From contig DASWDU010000039.1 in NCBI GenBank assembly GCA_036395115.1, forward strand, positions 2 through 64,001: a stretch of 64,000 nt of DNA, in the 5' to 3' direction. Position numbers and translations under genes: made by a program. Under the pieces are notes generated by a model. That model saw only the letters and a list, made by a program, of their open reading frames with translations, did not search any database and was not told the DNA's origin. The stretch comes from Thermoplasmata archaeon (lineage in GTDB: Archaea; Thermoplasmatota; Thermoplasmata; RBG-16-68-12). This document shows, in pieces, positions 16,809 through 27,004 of the stretch (its first letter is position 1; each line of letters starts with the position of its first letter).

Positions 16809-17722
16809 GGAACTTCCTCGGTGCGTTCGGCCACGTCGCGATGGACTACATCGTCAGCGTGCGCCGCCTCCCACGGCCGAACACGTCGATCGAGATCGTG
16901 GATCGGAACCGATATTTCGGCGGCACCGCCGGGAATCTCGCGAGGTCGGCCGCCCGGCTCGGCGTCAAGACGAGCCTGGCCTCGTTCGTCGGAACCGACT
17001 TCCCGGCGGACTATCGTTCCGCCCTGGCCGCGGAGGGCGTCGACCTCACGGACCTCCGCGCGCTCCCGCGGGCGAGCACCCCGACCGCCTGGATCTTCTC
17101 GGATCCGAACGGAAACCAAATGGCGATCATCGATCAAGGGCCGATGAAAGAGGCCGTGCGACTCCCAGTCCTCCGGCACTCCGTGAAAGACGTCGATCTG
17201 GTCCATCTGGGCACGGGCCGCCCACAGTACTATCTGCGAATCGCGAAACTCGCGGAGGACCTCGGCCGATCGATTGCGTTCGACCCGTCGCAAGAAATCC
17301 ACTACGTGTACACGGCCCATCAGTTCCGCGAGCTCATCCGCCGCTCCACGTATTTCTTCGGGAACGAAGCGGAGATCGCCCGTGCGAAGCGTTTCGTGCG
17401 CGTCACCTCGACCGCCGGCCTGGCACGGTTCGCGCCCGTCGTCGTCGTCACGATGGGCTCGAGGGGGAGCACCGTGTACACGCGCGAAGAACGGATCCGA
17501 ATCCCACGAGTCCCACCGCGCCGGCTCGTCGACGTGACCGGCGCGGGCGATGCATACCGGGCGGGATTCTACGCGGGACTTTCGCGGGGATACGACGTGC
17601 GGCACTGCGGCATCCTCGGCTCTGCGGTCGCGAGCTACGCCGTCGAAGCGAAGGGGACGCAGACGAACTTGCCCACGTGGTCGCAGGCACTGAGCCGGGC
17701 GGAGCGACACACGTCGTTCTAA
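16805..17722 (+). CDS. PfkB-family carbohydrate/nucleoside kinase (ribokinase-like)
   Basis: Has the DVTGAGDAYRAGF (DTxGAGD) anion-hole motif and the GG dinucleotide near the N-terminus. The ATG overlaps the upstream stop (ATGA). Confidence 0.8.
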   Translation: MRNFLGAFGHVAMDYIVSVRRLPRPNTSIEIVDRNRYFGGTAGNLARSAARLGVKTSLASFVGTDFPADYRSALAAEGVDLTDLRALPRASTPTAWIFSDPNGNQMAIIDQGPMKEAVRLPVLRHSVKDVDLVHLGTGRPQYYLRIAKLAEDLGRSIAFDPSQEIHYVYTAHQFRELIRRSTYFFGNEAEIARAKRFVRVTSTAGLARFAPVVVVTMGSRGSTVYTREERIRIPRVPPRRLVDVTGAGDAYRAGFYAGLSRGYDVRHCGILGSAVASYAVEAKGTQTNLPTWSQALSRAERHTSF

Positions 17723-17807
17723 TGGAGAGACAAGAGGACGTGAATCGCTTTGCCAAGGTACGAAAGGGTTATATTGCGTCAGAAGGTTCCGGGCGAGGTG
17801 ACCAGGG

Positions 17808-18041
17808 ATGGCCATCGGGTTCGTGCTCATTAGCACCGCTCCCGCTAAGGAGCACGAGGTGTACAACGAGCTCCTCAAGGTCAAGGAAATCGTGGAACTC
17901 CATCCCCTGTTCGGGGAGTACGACCTCATCGCAAAGATCGAAGCGGAGGACTTCAATGTCCTCGGTCAGGTCGTCGTCGACAAGATCCGATCCATCGCGG
18001 GCGTCATCGACACGAAGACCTTAACGGGAATCAAGTTCTGA
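17808..18041 (+). CDS. Stand-alone RAM domain protein (Lrp/AsnC C-terminal ligand-binding domain only)
   Basis: 77 aa with a beta-alpha-beta-beta-alpha-beta ACT-like pattern (MAIGFVLISTA...YDLIAKIEAEDFNVLGQVVVDKIRSIAGVIDTKT). Confidence 0.6.
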   Translation: MAIGFVLISTAPAKEHEVYNELLKVKEIVELHPLFGEYDLIAKIEAEDFNVLGQVVVDKIRSIAGVIDTKTLTGIKF

Positions 18042-18050
18042 GGGAGCCAC

Positions 18051-18359
18051 ATGAGCGTTTTTGCCGCGTTTGAACCGTGGACATTCGTGACCATCCTCCT
18101 GCTTACGTTCAGCCTCTTCCTCGTCATCACGGGCGCCTTCACGGCGTACTTCGGAAGCGGCAAGAGCCGGAAGATCGGGGTCGGGCTCCTTGTGGGTGGT
18201 CTGATCGTGGGAATCTTGTGGGCTTGGTACACGGGACCGTACAGCGCGGGCGTGGATCTCGTCGGAATCATCGTCCAATCCATCGGCGTGATCCTCGCAG
18301 CCATCATCGGAGCCGCCGCCGCGATCGGTCTTTTCCTCCTCGCGATCATGAAGAGTTAG
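18051..18359 (+). CDS. Small membrane protein (3 TM helices), hypothetical
   Basis: 102 aa, highly hydrophobic, high third-position GC. Confidence 0.4.
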   Translation: MSVFAAFEPWTFVTILLLTFSLFLVITGAFTAYFGSGKSRKIGVGLLVGGLIVGILWAWYTGPYSAGVDLVGIIVQSIGVILAAIIGAAAAIGLFLLAIMKS

Positions 18360-18437
18360 GGCACGGATAGCGCCCCCCACGCGTCGCGCGCCTGCGGTGA
18401 GAAGCCTTTATTTCCCGAGCCCTCTTTGTCCTACGCG

Positions 18438-18908
18438 ATGGCCGTCGAAGTGCTCGTCGTTCTGGGTTCCAAGACGGACGCCGAGGTCGGGAAGAAAGCC
18501 GCTTCGATGCTCGACGAATTCGGAGTCGGGTATGAAATCGTCGTCGCGTCCGCCCACCGGACTCCGGACCTGCTCCGCGACCTCATCCGGAACACGACCG
18601 CCAAGGTCTTCATCGCGGTGGCGGGCCTTTCGGCGGCGCTCCCCGGCACGATCGCATCGCACACGACGAAACCGGTCATCGGTGTGCCCGTTAGCGGGAA
18701 GCTGAACCTCGACGCGGTCCTGAGCGTCTCCCAGATGCCCCCGGGCGTGCCCGTCGCCGCGGTCGGCCTGGATCGAGGGGAGAACGCGGCGATCCTCGCG
18801 GTCGAGATCCTCGCGGTGAAGGACGAGCGGCTCGCGGAGAAGCTCCAGGAGCATCGCGAGGCGCTAAAGAAATGGGTCCTCGAGGACTCGCGGACGCTGG
18901 GAGAATGA
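18438..18908 (+). CDS. purE: N5-carboxyaminoimidazole ribonucleotide mutase
   Basis: [10 protein letters not shown]...VVASAHRTP...VIGVPV are the PurE signatures. Confidence 0.85.
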   Translation: MAVEVLVVLGSKTDAEVGKKAASMLDEFGVGYEIVVASAHRTPDLLRDLIRNTTAKVFIAVAGLSAALPGTIASHTTKPVIGVPVSGKLNLDAVLSVSQMPPGVPVAAVGLDRGENAAILAVEILAVKDERLAEKLQEHREALKKWVLEDSRTLGE

Positions 18909-19852
18909 AGTTCGATGCCGACGCGTTCATCCGCGAGCAGGTCGAGCTCATCCGGAACGCCGTGCCTGGCCGAGCGATCATCGCCTGCTCCGGAGGCGTC
19001 GACAGCACGACGGCCGCGGTCCTGGCGGGCCGGGCACTCGGAGACCGCCTCCTCGGCGTCTACGTCGACACGGGCCTCATGCGGAAAGCCGAGACCGAAG
19101 ACGTCGAGCACACGCTCCAGACCCTGGGGGTAAATCACCGCATCCTCCGTGCCGCCGACGAATTCTTCGCGGCGCTCCGCGGCGTGACGGATCCGGAGAA
19201 GAAACGGACGATCATCGGTCGGAAGTTCATCGAGCTGTTCGAACACGAGGCGAAGACGTTCGGCGCGGATCACTTAGTCCAAGGCACCATCGCCCCGGAC
19301 TGGATCGAGAGCGGCGGACAGCTGCGGGACCGCATCAAAACGCACCACAACGTCGCCGGCCTCCCGGCGGAAATGAAGCTGAAGCTCATCGAGCCGTTGC
19401 GGGACTTGTACAAGGACGAAGTCCGAGCGGTCGCCCGCGCGCTCGGGGTCCGCGTCGCCGAACGCCAGCCGTTTCCGGGACCCGCCCTCGCGGTGCGAGT
19501 CATTGGCGAAGTGACGCCGGAGCGGGTGGCGCTCGTCCGGGAGGCCTCGGCGATCGTGGAGGACGAAATCCAGGCGGCCGCGTCACGGGGGCTCATGCCG
19601 GTGCCCTGGCAGTACTTCGCGGTCCTCGTGCCCGTGCAGACCGTCGGCGTCCATGGCGACCTCCGCGTCTACGGACACACCGTCGCGGTGCGAGCGGTCG
19701 AATCGATCGATGGCATGAGCGCGACGTATTCGAAGATCCCCCACGATGTGCTCGACCGAATCTCGACCCGCATCACGAACGAGGTCGGCGGGATCAACCG
19801 CGTCGTGTACGACGTCTCGAATAAGCCTCCGGCCACGATCGAGTGGGAGTAG
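18905..19852 (+). CDS. guaA: GMP synthase subunit B (ATP pyrophosphatase domain, archaeal split GuaA)
   Basis: Has the SGGVDS PP-loop and the C-terminal dimerisation domain (HHNVAGLP...[13 protein letters not shown]). The start overlaps the purE stop (ATGA). Confidence 0.85.
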   Translation: MKFDADAFIREQVELIRNAVPGRAIIACSGGVDSTTAAVLAGRALGDRLLGVYVDTGLMRKAETEDVEHTLQTLGVNHRILRAADEFFAALRGVTDPEKKRTIIGRKFIELFEHEAKTFGADHLVQGTIAPDWIESGGQLRDRIKTHHNVAGLPAEMKLKLIEPLRDLYKDEVRAVARALGVRVAERQPFPGPALAVRVIGEVTPERVALVREASAIVEDEIQAAASRGLMPVPWQYFAVLVPVQTVGVHGDLRVYGHTVAVRAVESIDGMSATYSKIPHDVLDRISTRITNEVGGINRVVYDVSNKPPATIEWE

Positions 19853-19901
19853 ACGTAGGATCGATGGAAACCTTTTTGTCGCCGGGTCCTTTCGTTGTCC
19901 C

Positions 19902-20474
19902 ATGCGCGTTTTCGTCGTCGACAACGGAGGGCAGTGGACCCACCGCGAATGGCGGGTCCTGAAGTACCTCGGGGTCGAGACGAAGATCGTCCCGAACGAC
20001 ACGCCCGTCGGCGGCCTCCAGGATCTCGACGGGCTCGTCCTGTCCGGAGGCGCGCCGCGCGTCGGCGTCGATCCCTCCAAGATGGGGCGCAACGGGGAGT
20101 ACCTCGACGCGTTCGGGGGGCCGATCCTCGGCATCTGCGCGGGACACCAGTTCATGGCGAAGCATTTCGGCGGGGAGGCGGCCCCCGCCAAGGTGCCGGA
20201 GTTCGGGAAGTCCCTCCTGAACGTCCGCGAGCCCGACGTCCTGTTCGAAGGCCTGCCGGACCGCTTCGAGGTCTGGGAGTCGCACAACGACGAGGTGACG
20301 GTCCTGCCGCCCGGCTTCATCGGCCTCGCGAGCTCTCCGAACTGTTCGGTCCAGGCGATGCGGCATCGGTCGGAACCCATCTTCGGCCTGCAGTTCCACC
20401 CGGAAGTGGAACACACCCAATTTGGCGGGGAGATTTTCCGGAACTTCCTGAAGGTCTGTGAGAATCCCCGCTGA
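19902..20474 (+). CDS. guaA: GMP synthase subunit A (class I glutamine amidotransferase)
   Basis: Has GICAGHQ (catalytic Cys) and HPE; 190 aa. Confidence 0.85.
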   Translation: MRVFVVDNGGQWTHREWRVLKYLGVETKIVPNDTPVGGLQDLDGLVLSGGAPRVGVDPSKMGRNGEYLDAFGGPILGICAGHQFMAKHFGGEAAPAKVPEFGKSLLNVREPDVLFEGLPDRFEVWESHNDEVTVLPPGFIGLASSPNCSVQAMRHRSEPIFGLQFHPEVEHTQFGGEIFRNFLKVCENPR

Positions 20475-20733
20475 GAGCGGGACCGTGCGGACTTTATTCC
20501 TGCGCGCCTTGCGCAACATCGCGATGGATCCCGCGGCCCGGGCGCGCGTCCTCAAGGAGGCGCTGAAGACTCGTCACGGGGAAGCGTTCGAGAAGGCGCT
20601 CGGTCGCGCGGTGCGCCACCTCGGCGGCGACTATGCCCAGTACGCCGCAATCATCGCCGAGGTGCGGGAATATGGCCGTCTACACGGGACCGATCTCCGA
20701 GACGCGGCTCACGCACTCGCAAATCAGACGTAG
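20458..20733 (+). CDS. Hypothetical small helical protein
   Basis: 91-aa ORF between guaA and the dehydrogenase gene, overlapping both ends. No motif. Confidence 0.3.
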   Translation: MRIPAESGTVRTLFLRALRNIAMDPAARARVLKEALKTRHGEAFEKALGRAVRHLGGDYAQYAAIIAEVREYGRLHGTDLRDAAHALANQT

Positions 20734-21668
20734 ACGTTTGGATTCACACAATACTCCGCGCGTTTTCCCTCCAGCGCCTTGAGCACTTGGTCCGCGATGA
20801 TCGCTCCCGCGCGCGCCTGCGCCTCCTCCGTCGACGCGCCGAGATGCGGCGAGAACACGACGTGCGGGGCGGTGAGAAGCGGGCTTCCGGTGGGAGGTTC
20901 TTTCTCGAAGACGTCGATCGCTGCCCCGGCGATCGTCCCGGACCGGAGCGCATCGGCGAGGGCGTCCTCCCGGACGATTTCCCCCCGGGCACAGTTCACG
21001 ATGATGGCCGTGCGCTTCATGAGAGCGAGTTCCTCCCGGCCCACGAGGCCTTTCGTCTCGGGCGTCAGGGCCGTGTGGACGCTCACGACATCCGCGTCGC
21101 GAAACAACGACTCCTTTTCGACGAGCCGAATCCCCAGGCCGTCCGCGGTCGGTAGGGAGAGATATGGATCGAAGGCGATGACCGTCATCCCGAAGGCGTG
21201 GGCGCGCCTCGCAACCTCCCCGCCGATCCGGCCGGAACCGACGAGCCCTAGGACCTTTCCCGAAAGCTCGCGGCCTTCGAGCCCTTTCTTTTCCCACGTC
21301 CCTTCCCTCACAGACCGGTCCGCGAGCGGAAGGTGCCGAAGGAGGGAAATCATGTGCCCGATCGCAAGCTCGGCGACGCTCACCGTGCTCGCAGTCGGCG
21401 CGTTTACCACGACGATTTTGCGAGCGGTTGCGGTCTCGACGTCGATGTTGTCAATCCCGACGCCCGCCCGACCCACGACCTTCAGATTCGAACCGCGGAC
21501 GAGGACCTCCGTCGTGACCTTCGTGCGGCCACGGACGATCAGCGCATGGAACGGCGGGATCAGCTGGAGGAGCCGGGAGGCGTCCACCTCCTCGATGTGG
21601 ACATCGTGGACCCTCTGCAGGAAGGCGAGCGCCTCCGCATCGAGGCCATCCGCGACGAGGATGTTCAT
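20724..21668 (-). CDS. D-isomer-specific 2-hydroxyacid dehydrogenase (D-3-phosphoglycerate dehydrogenase-like, short form)
   Basis: NAD-binding GLVGSGRIGGEVARRA and catalytic-domain motifs (NCARGEIVREDALADAL...FSPHLGAST); 314 aa. Confidence 0.8.
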   Translation of the reverse strand: MNILVADGLDAEALAFLQRVHDVHIEEVDASRLLQLIPPFHALIVRGRTKVTTEVLVRGSNLKVVGRAGVGIDNIDVETATARKIVVVNAPTASTVSVAELAIGHMISLLRHLPLADRSVREGTWEKKGLEGRELSGKVLGLVGSGRIGGEVARRAHAFGMTVIAFDPYLSLPTADGLGIRLVEKESLFRDADVVSVHTALTPETKGLVGREELALMKRTAIIVNCARGEIVREDALADALRSGTIAGAAIDVFEKEPPTGSPLLTAPHVVFSPHLGASTEEAQARAGAIIADQVLKALEGKRAEYCVNPNVYV

Positions 21669-21704
21669 GCGGCCGGCCGAACGACACCGCGCGATAAATA
21701 GACG

Positions 21705-22124
21705 TCAGCCCAGGAGCGCGAAGAGAGCCAGTGCGAGAAGGGCGACGAACAGCAGGATACCGACCAGGAGCATCATTCGAGTCATCCGTGGGTCCGATCC
21801 GAAGACGATCGGGAAGGGACCGAGGAACACGACGCCACCCCATCGGCGGGTCGGAGCCGGGCCGGACGAGTCCTCCGCGGCAGCACTCGATCCCTCGGGG
21901 GCAACGATTTCAACCGGCCGCCCAGGCCAGAACAGGAACGTGGCGAAGAACCCCAGGAACGTGAGCAGGATGCCCGCCAAGGTCAGAGGGCCGCTCCCGG
22001 TCACGAGCGGGAAGACGACGACCAGGGACACCGCCGCCTCCCCCCGTGCCACCGCAAGGCCGAGGCAGGCGAGCCCGGCCACGAGCATCACCGGTCCGAG
22101 GAGCCGAATCGGCTGCACGATCAA
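21705..22124 (-). CDS. Hypothetical membrane protein
   Basis: 139 aa with 3-4 TM helices. Confidence 0.4.
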   Translation of the reverse strand: MIVQPIRLLGPVMLVAGLACLGLAVARGEAAVSLVVVFPLVTGSGPLTLAGILLTFLGFFATFLFWPGRPVEIVAPEGSSAAAEDSSGPAPTRRWGGVVFLGPFPIVFGSDPRMTRMMLLVGILLFVALLALALFALLG

Positions 22125-22142
22125 TCCGATTCGTGGCGGCCC

Positions 22143-25100
22143 CTAAAGCTTTGCCGCCGCCGCGCGCATCGTCGAGGCGAACGACCCGAGGGGGATCACA
22201 TCGAGCTCCCCGGAATGGAACGCCTCGATCGCCTCGGCCGCGGCCTCGGCGGCCTGGATCGTCGAGATGAACGGGATGTTCAAATCGACCGCGAGCCGAC
22301 GCATCATGTAGCCGTCTCGACGCGCCCCCGTCGAATTGGTGGGCGTGTTGATCACGAGCCGGATCTCACCGCGACGCATCAATCCCAGCGCGTCGGGCGA
22401 CTGGTTCTCGCTGATCCGGTAGACGGTCGTCGCCTCGACGCCGTGTTCCCGGAGGAACTGCGCCGTGCCGCGCGTCGCGTAGATCCGCAGGCCCTGCTGC
22501 ACGAGCCGCGAGGCGACTCCCAGGATCGCTGGCTTGTCCTCGTCGCGCACGGTCACGTACACCGCGCCGTCCGTCGGCAGCGGATTTCCCGCGGCGACCA
22601 TCGCCTTGTAGTACGCCCGGCCGAGCGACCGATCGATCCCCATCACCTCTCCCGTGCTCTTCATCTCGGGGCCGAGGATCGCGTCCACGCCCGGGAGACG
22701 CTGGAACGGGAACACGGGCGCCTTGACCGCGACATGGTCGATCTTCGGCTCGCCGACGAGGCCGAGGCTCCGGAGCGAATGGCCGAGCATCACCTTCGTC
22801 GCGACTTTCGCCAGGGAGATGCCAATCGCCTTCGAGACGTAGGGGACGGTCCGGCTCGCCCGCGGGTTCGCCTCGAGGACGTATACCGCGGCGTCCTTCA
22901 CCGCGAGCTGGAGGTTCATGAGCCCGACGACGTCGAGCGCCTTGCAGACTTTCCGCGTGACGGATCGGATGTCCGCCAGGATCGGGTCGGGGAGGGTCTG
23001 CGCGGGCAAGACGCACGCCGCGTCGCCCGAGTGGATCCCCGCCTCCTCGATGTGCTCTTGGATCCCACCGATGAGGACGTCCCGACCGTCGGCGACGACG
23101 TCCACATCGATCTCCGTCGCGTGCGCGAGGTACCGGTCGACGAGGACCGGATGGTCCTTCGATACGCGCGTCGCGGCCTCCATGAACCGGGCGAGATCGT
23201 CCTCCGTGTGCACGATTTCCATCCCGCGTCCTCCGAGGACGTACGAGGGCCGGACGAGGACCGGATACCCGATGCGGCCGGCGAGCTGGCGCACCTCCTC
23301 GAAGCTGTAGCCCGAGGCCGCGTCGGGCTGGAGGATCCCAAGGCGGCGCATGAGGGCCGCGAACTTCCGGCGGTCCTCCGCGAGGTCGATCGAGGTCGGC
23401 GGCGTGCCGAGGATCCGCGTTCGGGATTTCCGTCGCGCGAGCGCCTTCGCGAGAGGCACGGCCAAGTTGATGGACGTCTGCCCGCCGAACTGGAGGATCA
23501 CGCCCTCGGGTCGCTCCTCCTCGATGATGTTGAGGACGTCCTCGAGGATCAGCGGCTCGAAGTACAGACGGCTCGAGATATCGAAGTCCGTCGAGACCGT
23601 CTCCGGGTTGTTGTTCGCGATGATCGCGGCGATGCCCTCCTCCCGGAGGGCGAAGATCCCCTGGACGCAACAGTAGTCGAACTCGACGCCTTGGCCGATG
23701 CGGATCGGGCCGCCGCCCACTATCAAGACCTTACGACCCGCAAGACGACGTGATTCTCCCGAGGGCTCGTACGTCGAATAATAGTAGGGCGTCCGGGCCT
23801 CGAACTCGCCGCCGCACGTGTCGACCATCTTGTACGCGACCCGGGGCCTCGCCCGTCGGATCGTTTCGTCCGAGCCCGTCCCGGATGCGGCAATCGCCTC
23901 GTCCGCGAACCCGAGGCGCTTCGCCTCCGCCAGGAGCGCCCGGGAGCGGCGAGGGCCGCGGAGGCGGGACTCGAACTCGACGAGGGAACGGATTTTCTCG
24001 AGGAAGAACGGGTCCCAGTCCGTCAGCGTTGCGACCTTTCCGAGCGCGATGCCGCGTCGGAACGCCTCCGCGATCGCGAAGAGCCGCTGGTCGGTTGGCT
24101 CGCGGAGTTCCCGGAGCAAGGCGTCGTCCGTCCAGGGCAGGGGCTCCAGGCCCACGCGGTCAATCTCGAGAGACCGGACGGCCTTCAGGAGGGATTCCTC
24201 GAACGTCCGGCCGATCGCCATCACCTCACCGGTGCTCTTCATCGACGTGCCGATGCGACGGTCGACGGTGGGGAACTTGTCGAACGGCCAGCGGGGGATC
24301 TTCGTGACGACGTAGTCGAGGGTCGGCTCGAAAGACGCGAGCGTCTTGCCCGTCACGGGGTTGGGGATCTCGTCGAGGCGGAGCCCGAGCGCGATCTTCG
24401 CCGCGATCCGGGCGATCGGGTAGCCCGTGGCCTTCGAGGCGAGGGCGGAGGACCGGGAGACGCGCGGGTTCACCTCGATCACCCGATACTCGCCGGTCTT
24501 CGGATGGACAGCGAACTGGATGTTGCATCCTCCCTCGACGCCGAGCGCGCGGATGATCCGCAACGCCGCCGAGCGGAGGGTCTGGTGGTCGACGTCACTC
24601 AGGGTCTGTGCCGGCGCGACGACGATCGATTCGCCCGTGTGGATCCCCATCGGATCGAGGTTCTCCATGCTGCAAATCGTGATGCAGTTGTCCGCGGCGT
24701 CCCGCATCACCTCGTACTCGAACTCCTTCCACCCGAGGACGGACTCCTCGACGAGGACCTGCTTGATCCGCGAATAGGCGATGCCCATGGCGACGATCGC
24801 CTCCAGCTCTTCCGGGGTGCGTGCCACGCCGCTCCCGCTGCCCCCAAGGGTGTAGGCCGCCCGCACGATGACGGGCCACCCGATCTCCTCGACGAACGTC
24901 CGAGCGGATTCGACGTCCGACGCCGCGCGGCTCCGCGGAATTGGCTCGCCGATCGAACGCATCAACGCGGCGAACCGCTCGCGGTTCTCCCCGGCGGTAA
25001 TCGCGTCGAGCTTGGTGCCCAGGAGCTCTACGCCATATCGTGAGAGGACGCCCGCCTCCGCAAGTTCGCTGCACAGGTTCAGGGCGGTCTGGCCGCCCAT

Positions 25101-25367
25101 CCCGCTCAAGATTCCCTGGGGCCGCTCCTTCCCGATGATCTTCTCAAGGAACCCGACGGTTAGCGGTTCGACGTACACGGCGTCCGCCGTGTCCGGGTCC
25201 GTCTGGATCGTCGCCGGGTTGCTGTTCACGAGGACGACGCGGACTCCCTCCTCGCGCAGGGAGCGGCACGCTTGGGAGCCGGAGTAGTCGAACTCCGCGG
25301 CCTGGCCGATCACGATTGGACCGGAGCCGATGACCATCGCGGTCCTAAGGTCCTCCCGCTTCGGCAC
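22143..25367 (-). CDS. carB: Carbamoyl-phosphate synthase large subunit
   Basis: 1074 aa with two ATP-grasp halves, an oligomerisation domain and an MGS-like domain. N-terminus MVIGSGPIVIGQAAEFDYSGSQA. Confidence 0.95.
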   Translation of the reverse strand: MPKREDLRTAMVIGSGPIVIGQAAEFDYSGSQACRSLREEGVRVVLVNSNPATIQTDPDTADAVYVEPLTVGFLEKIIGKERPQGILSGMGGQTALNLCSELAEAGVLSRYGVELLGTKLDAITAGENRERFAALMRSIGEPIPRSRAASDVESARTFVEEIGWPVIVRAAYTLGGSGSGVARTPEELEAIVAMGIAYSRIKQVLVEESVLGWKEFEYEVMRDAADNCITICSMENLDPMGIHTGESIVVAPAQTLSDVDHQTLRSAALRIIRALGVEGGCNIQFAVHPKTGEYRVIEVNPRVSRSSALASKATGYPIARIAAKIALGLRLDEIPNPVTGKTLASFEPTLDYVVTKIPRWPFDKFPTVDRRIGTSMKSTGEVMAIGRTFEESLLKAVRSLEIDRVGLEPLPWTDDALLRELREPTDQRLFAIAEAFRRGIALGKVATLTDWDPFFLEKIRSLVEFESRLRGPRRSRALLAEAKRLGFADEAIAASGTGSDETIRRARPRVAYKMVDTCGGEFEARTPYYYSTYEPSGESRRLAGRKVLIVGGGPIRIGQGVEFDYCCVQGIFALREEGIAAIIANNNPETVSTDFDISSRLYFEPLILEDVLNIIEEERPEGVILQFGGQTSINLAVPLAKALARRKSRTRILGTPPTSIDLAEDRRKFAALMRRLGILQPDAASGYSFEEVRQLAGRIGYPVLVRPSYVLGGRGMEIVHTEDDLARFMEAATRVSKDHPVLVDRYLAHATEIDVDVVADGRDVLIGGIQEHIEEAGIHSGDAACVLPAQTLPDPILADIRSVTRKVCKALDVVGLMNLQLAVKDAAVYVLEANPRASRTVPYVSKAIGISLAKVATKVMLGHSLRSLGLVGEPKIDHVAVKAPVFPFQRLPGVDAILGPEMKSTGEVMGIDRSLGRAYYKAMVAAGNPLPTDGAVYVTVRDEDKPAILGVASRLVQQGLRIYATRGTAQFLREHGVEATTVYRISENQSPDALGLMRRGEIRLVINTPTNSTGARRDGYMMRRLAVDLNIPFISTIQAAEAAAEAIEAFHSGELDVIPLGSFASTMRAAAAKL

Positions 25368-25391
25368 TCCAGCGACCCCCCGCGGTCGTCC

Positions 25392-26474
25392 CTAGGCCCC
25401 CTTGAGCGCCGCGACGAACTCCCGGAAGATGTACGCGTTGTCCCACGGACCGGGATGGGCCTCCGGATGGTACTGGACGGAGAAGATCGGCAGGCGCCGG
25501 TGGGCCATCCCTTCCACGGTGCCGTCGTTCAGGTTCCGATGGGTCACCTCGAACTCGGACGTTGGCAGCGAGTCCGGATCGACCGCGAAGCCGTGGTTCT
25601 GGGAGGTGATGTGGACGCGGCCCGTCTTGAGGTCTTTCACGGGCTGGTTGCCCCCCCGGTGGCCGAACTTCAGCTTGAACGTCCGTCCGCCGAAGGCGAG
25701 GGCGAGGAGCTGGTGTCCGAGGCAGATGCCGAGGAGCGGGACGCGGCCGACCAGGTCCTTCGTCGCGGCGACGGTCGTCGCGAGGACGTCCGGATGGGCC
25801 GGATCGCCGGGGCCGTTCGAGAGGATCACGCCGTCCGGCTTGAGGGCCAGGATGTCGTCCGCCGTCGCATCGTACGGGACGCGCACGACGTCGGCGTAGC
25901 GCTGGGCCTCCCGGAGGATATTCCGCTTGACGCCGCAATCCACGACGACGATCGTACGTTTGCCTGTGCCCGGGTAGCGTCGGACGGTCGGAGAGCTCAC
26001 CTCGGCGACGAGGTTCCGGGTCTCCGGATGGGGCGTGGCGCGTACGGTTCGCGCGACCTTCGCGCTGTCTTCGGTCGTCGGCACCAGGGCCGCCTTCATC
26101 GTCCCCTTGGAACGGATCTTAATCGTCAGGGCGCGCGTGTCGGCGCCTTCGATGGCGGGCGTCTCATGGCCGCGGAGGAAGTCGGCGAGGGACATCGCGC
26201 TCTTCGGATGGCTCGGGACCGCGCACGCTTCCTTGACCACGAACCCAGTCGGCTGGATCGACTCGGATTCCATCGCGCCGGGATCGACCCCGTAGTTCCC
26301 GATCAGCGGGTAGGTCATCATGAGGATCTGACCGCGGTACGACGGATCCGTGAGGGCTTCGGTGTACCCCGTCATGTTCGTGTTGAAGACGAGTTCGCCG
26401 AAGACCGGCCTACGTGCGCCGAAAAAGGCCCCTCGAACCGCCGTTCCGTCCTCGAGGACGAGGGCGCCATCCAT
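25392..26474 (-). CDS. carA: Carbamoyl-phosphate synthase small subunit (glutamine amidotransferase)
   Basis: 360 aa with a CarA N-terminal domain and GATase (GICLGHQ, HPE). Immediately upstream of carB. Confidence 0.9.
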   Translation of the reverse strand: MDGALVLEDGTAVRGAFFGARRPVFGELVFNTNMTGYTEALTDPSYRGQILMMTYPLIGNYGVDPGAMESESIQPTGFVVKEACAVPSHPKSAMSLADFLRGHETPAIEGADTRALTIKIRSKGTMKAALVPTTEDSAKVARTVRATPHPETRNLVAEVSSPTVRRYPGTGKRTIVVVDCGVKRNILREAQRYADVVRVPYDATADDILALKPDGVILSNGPGDPAHPDVLATTVAATKDLVGRVPLLGICLGHQLLALAFGGRTFKLKFGHRGGNQPVKDLKTGRVHITSQNHGFAVDPDSLPTSEFEVTHRNLNDGTVEGMAHRRLPIFSVQYHPEAHPGPWDNAYIFREFVAALKGA

Positions 26475-26542
26475 TCGCTATACCCCGACCCCATTTTCGA
26501 TTCGCCATATGAGGGTTTCCCTCGCGGACGACGCGCCGACCG

Positions 26543-27004
26543 TCACGGCCGTTCGGCGCGCGAGAGGTCGAGCCGATCCAGTCGCTCCACCATCTTGTCC
26601 CAATGGCTCCCTTGCCAGTACACGCGGCGGCAGGAAGGACACTGCCAGAATTCGTCGTGGCGGGAGCGCACGCCTTCCGGGACGATGCCTTGCACCGCGC
26701 GGACGGACACCGGCACCAAGCGTTCGTTGCAGAGCGAGCACCGCGAGAGCGGGTCGACGAGGCGGAGCGACAACACGGAGGCGACCTCCTCGATCTGCTC
26801 CTCGAGGACGTCCGATCGGACCGCCACGCTGCCGGGCACGCGGGCCGCGAGCTCCTTGTCCCGCGTCAGCAGGATCCGGCCTTCCGCGCGCGCCCGCTCG
26901 ATCAGCGCTCGGTCCGGGCCCGGTTCCGGGTACGACGTGTCGTAGCCCATGAAGCGCAACCACCGGGCCAGGCTTCCGAGCATGTGGTCGCAGAGTAGCT
27001 TCAC
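26543..27004 (-). CDS. Mut7-C RNAse domain protein (DUF82)
   Basis: LLCDHMLGSLARWLRFMGYDT... with a C-terminal CxxC...CPSC zinc ribbon. A GTG start abuts the stop of the upstream gene. Confidence 0.6.
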   Translation of the reverse strand: MKLLCDHMLGSLARWLRFMGYDTSYPEPGPDRALIERARAEGRILLTRDKELAARVPGSVAVRSDVLEEQIEEVASVLSLRLVDPLSRCSLCNERLVPVSVRAVQGIVPEGVRSRHDEFWQCPSCRRVYWQGSHWDKMVERLDRLDLSRAERP

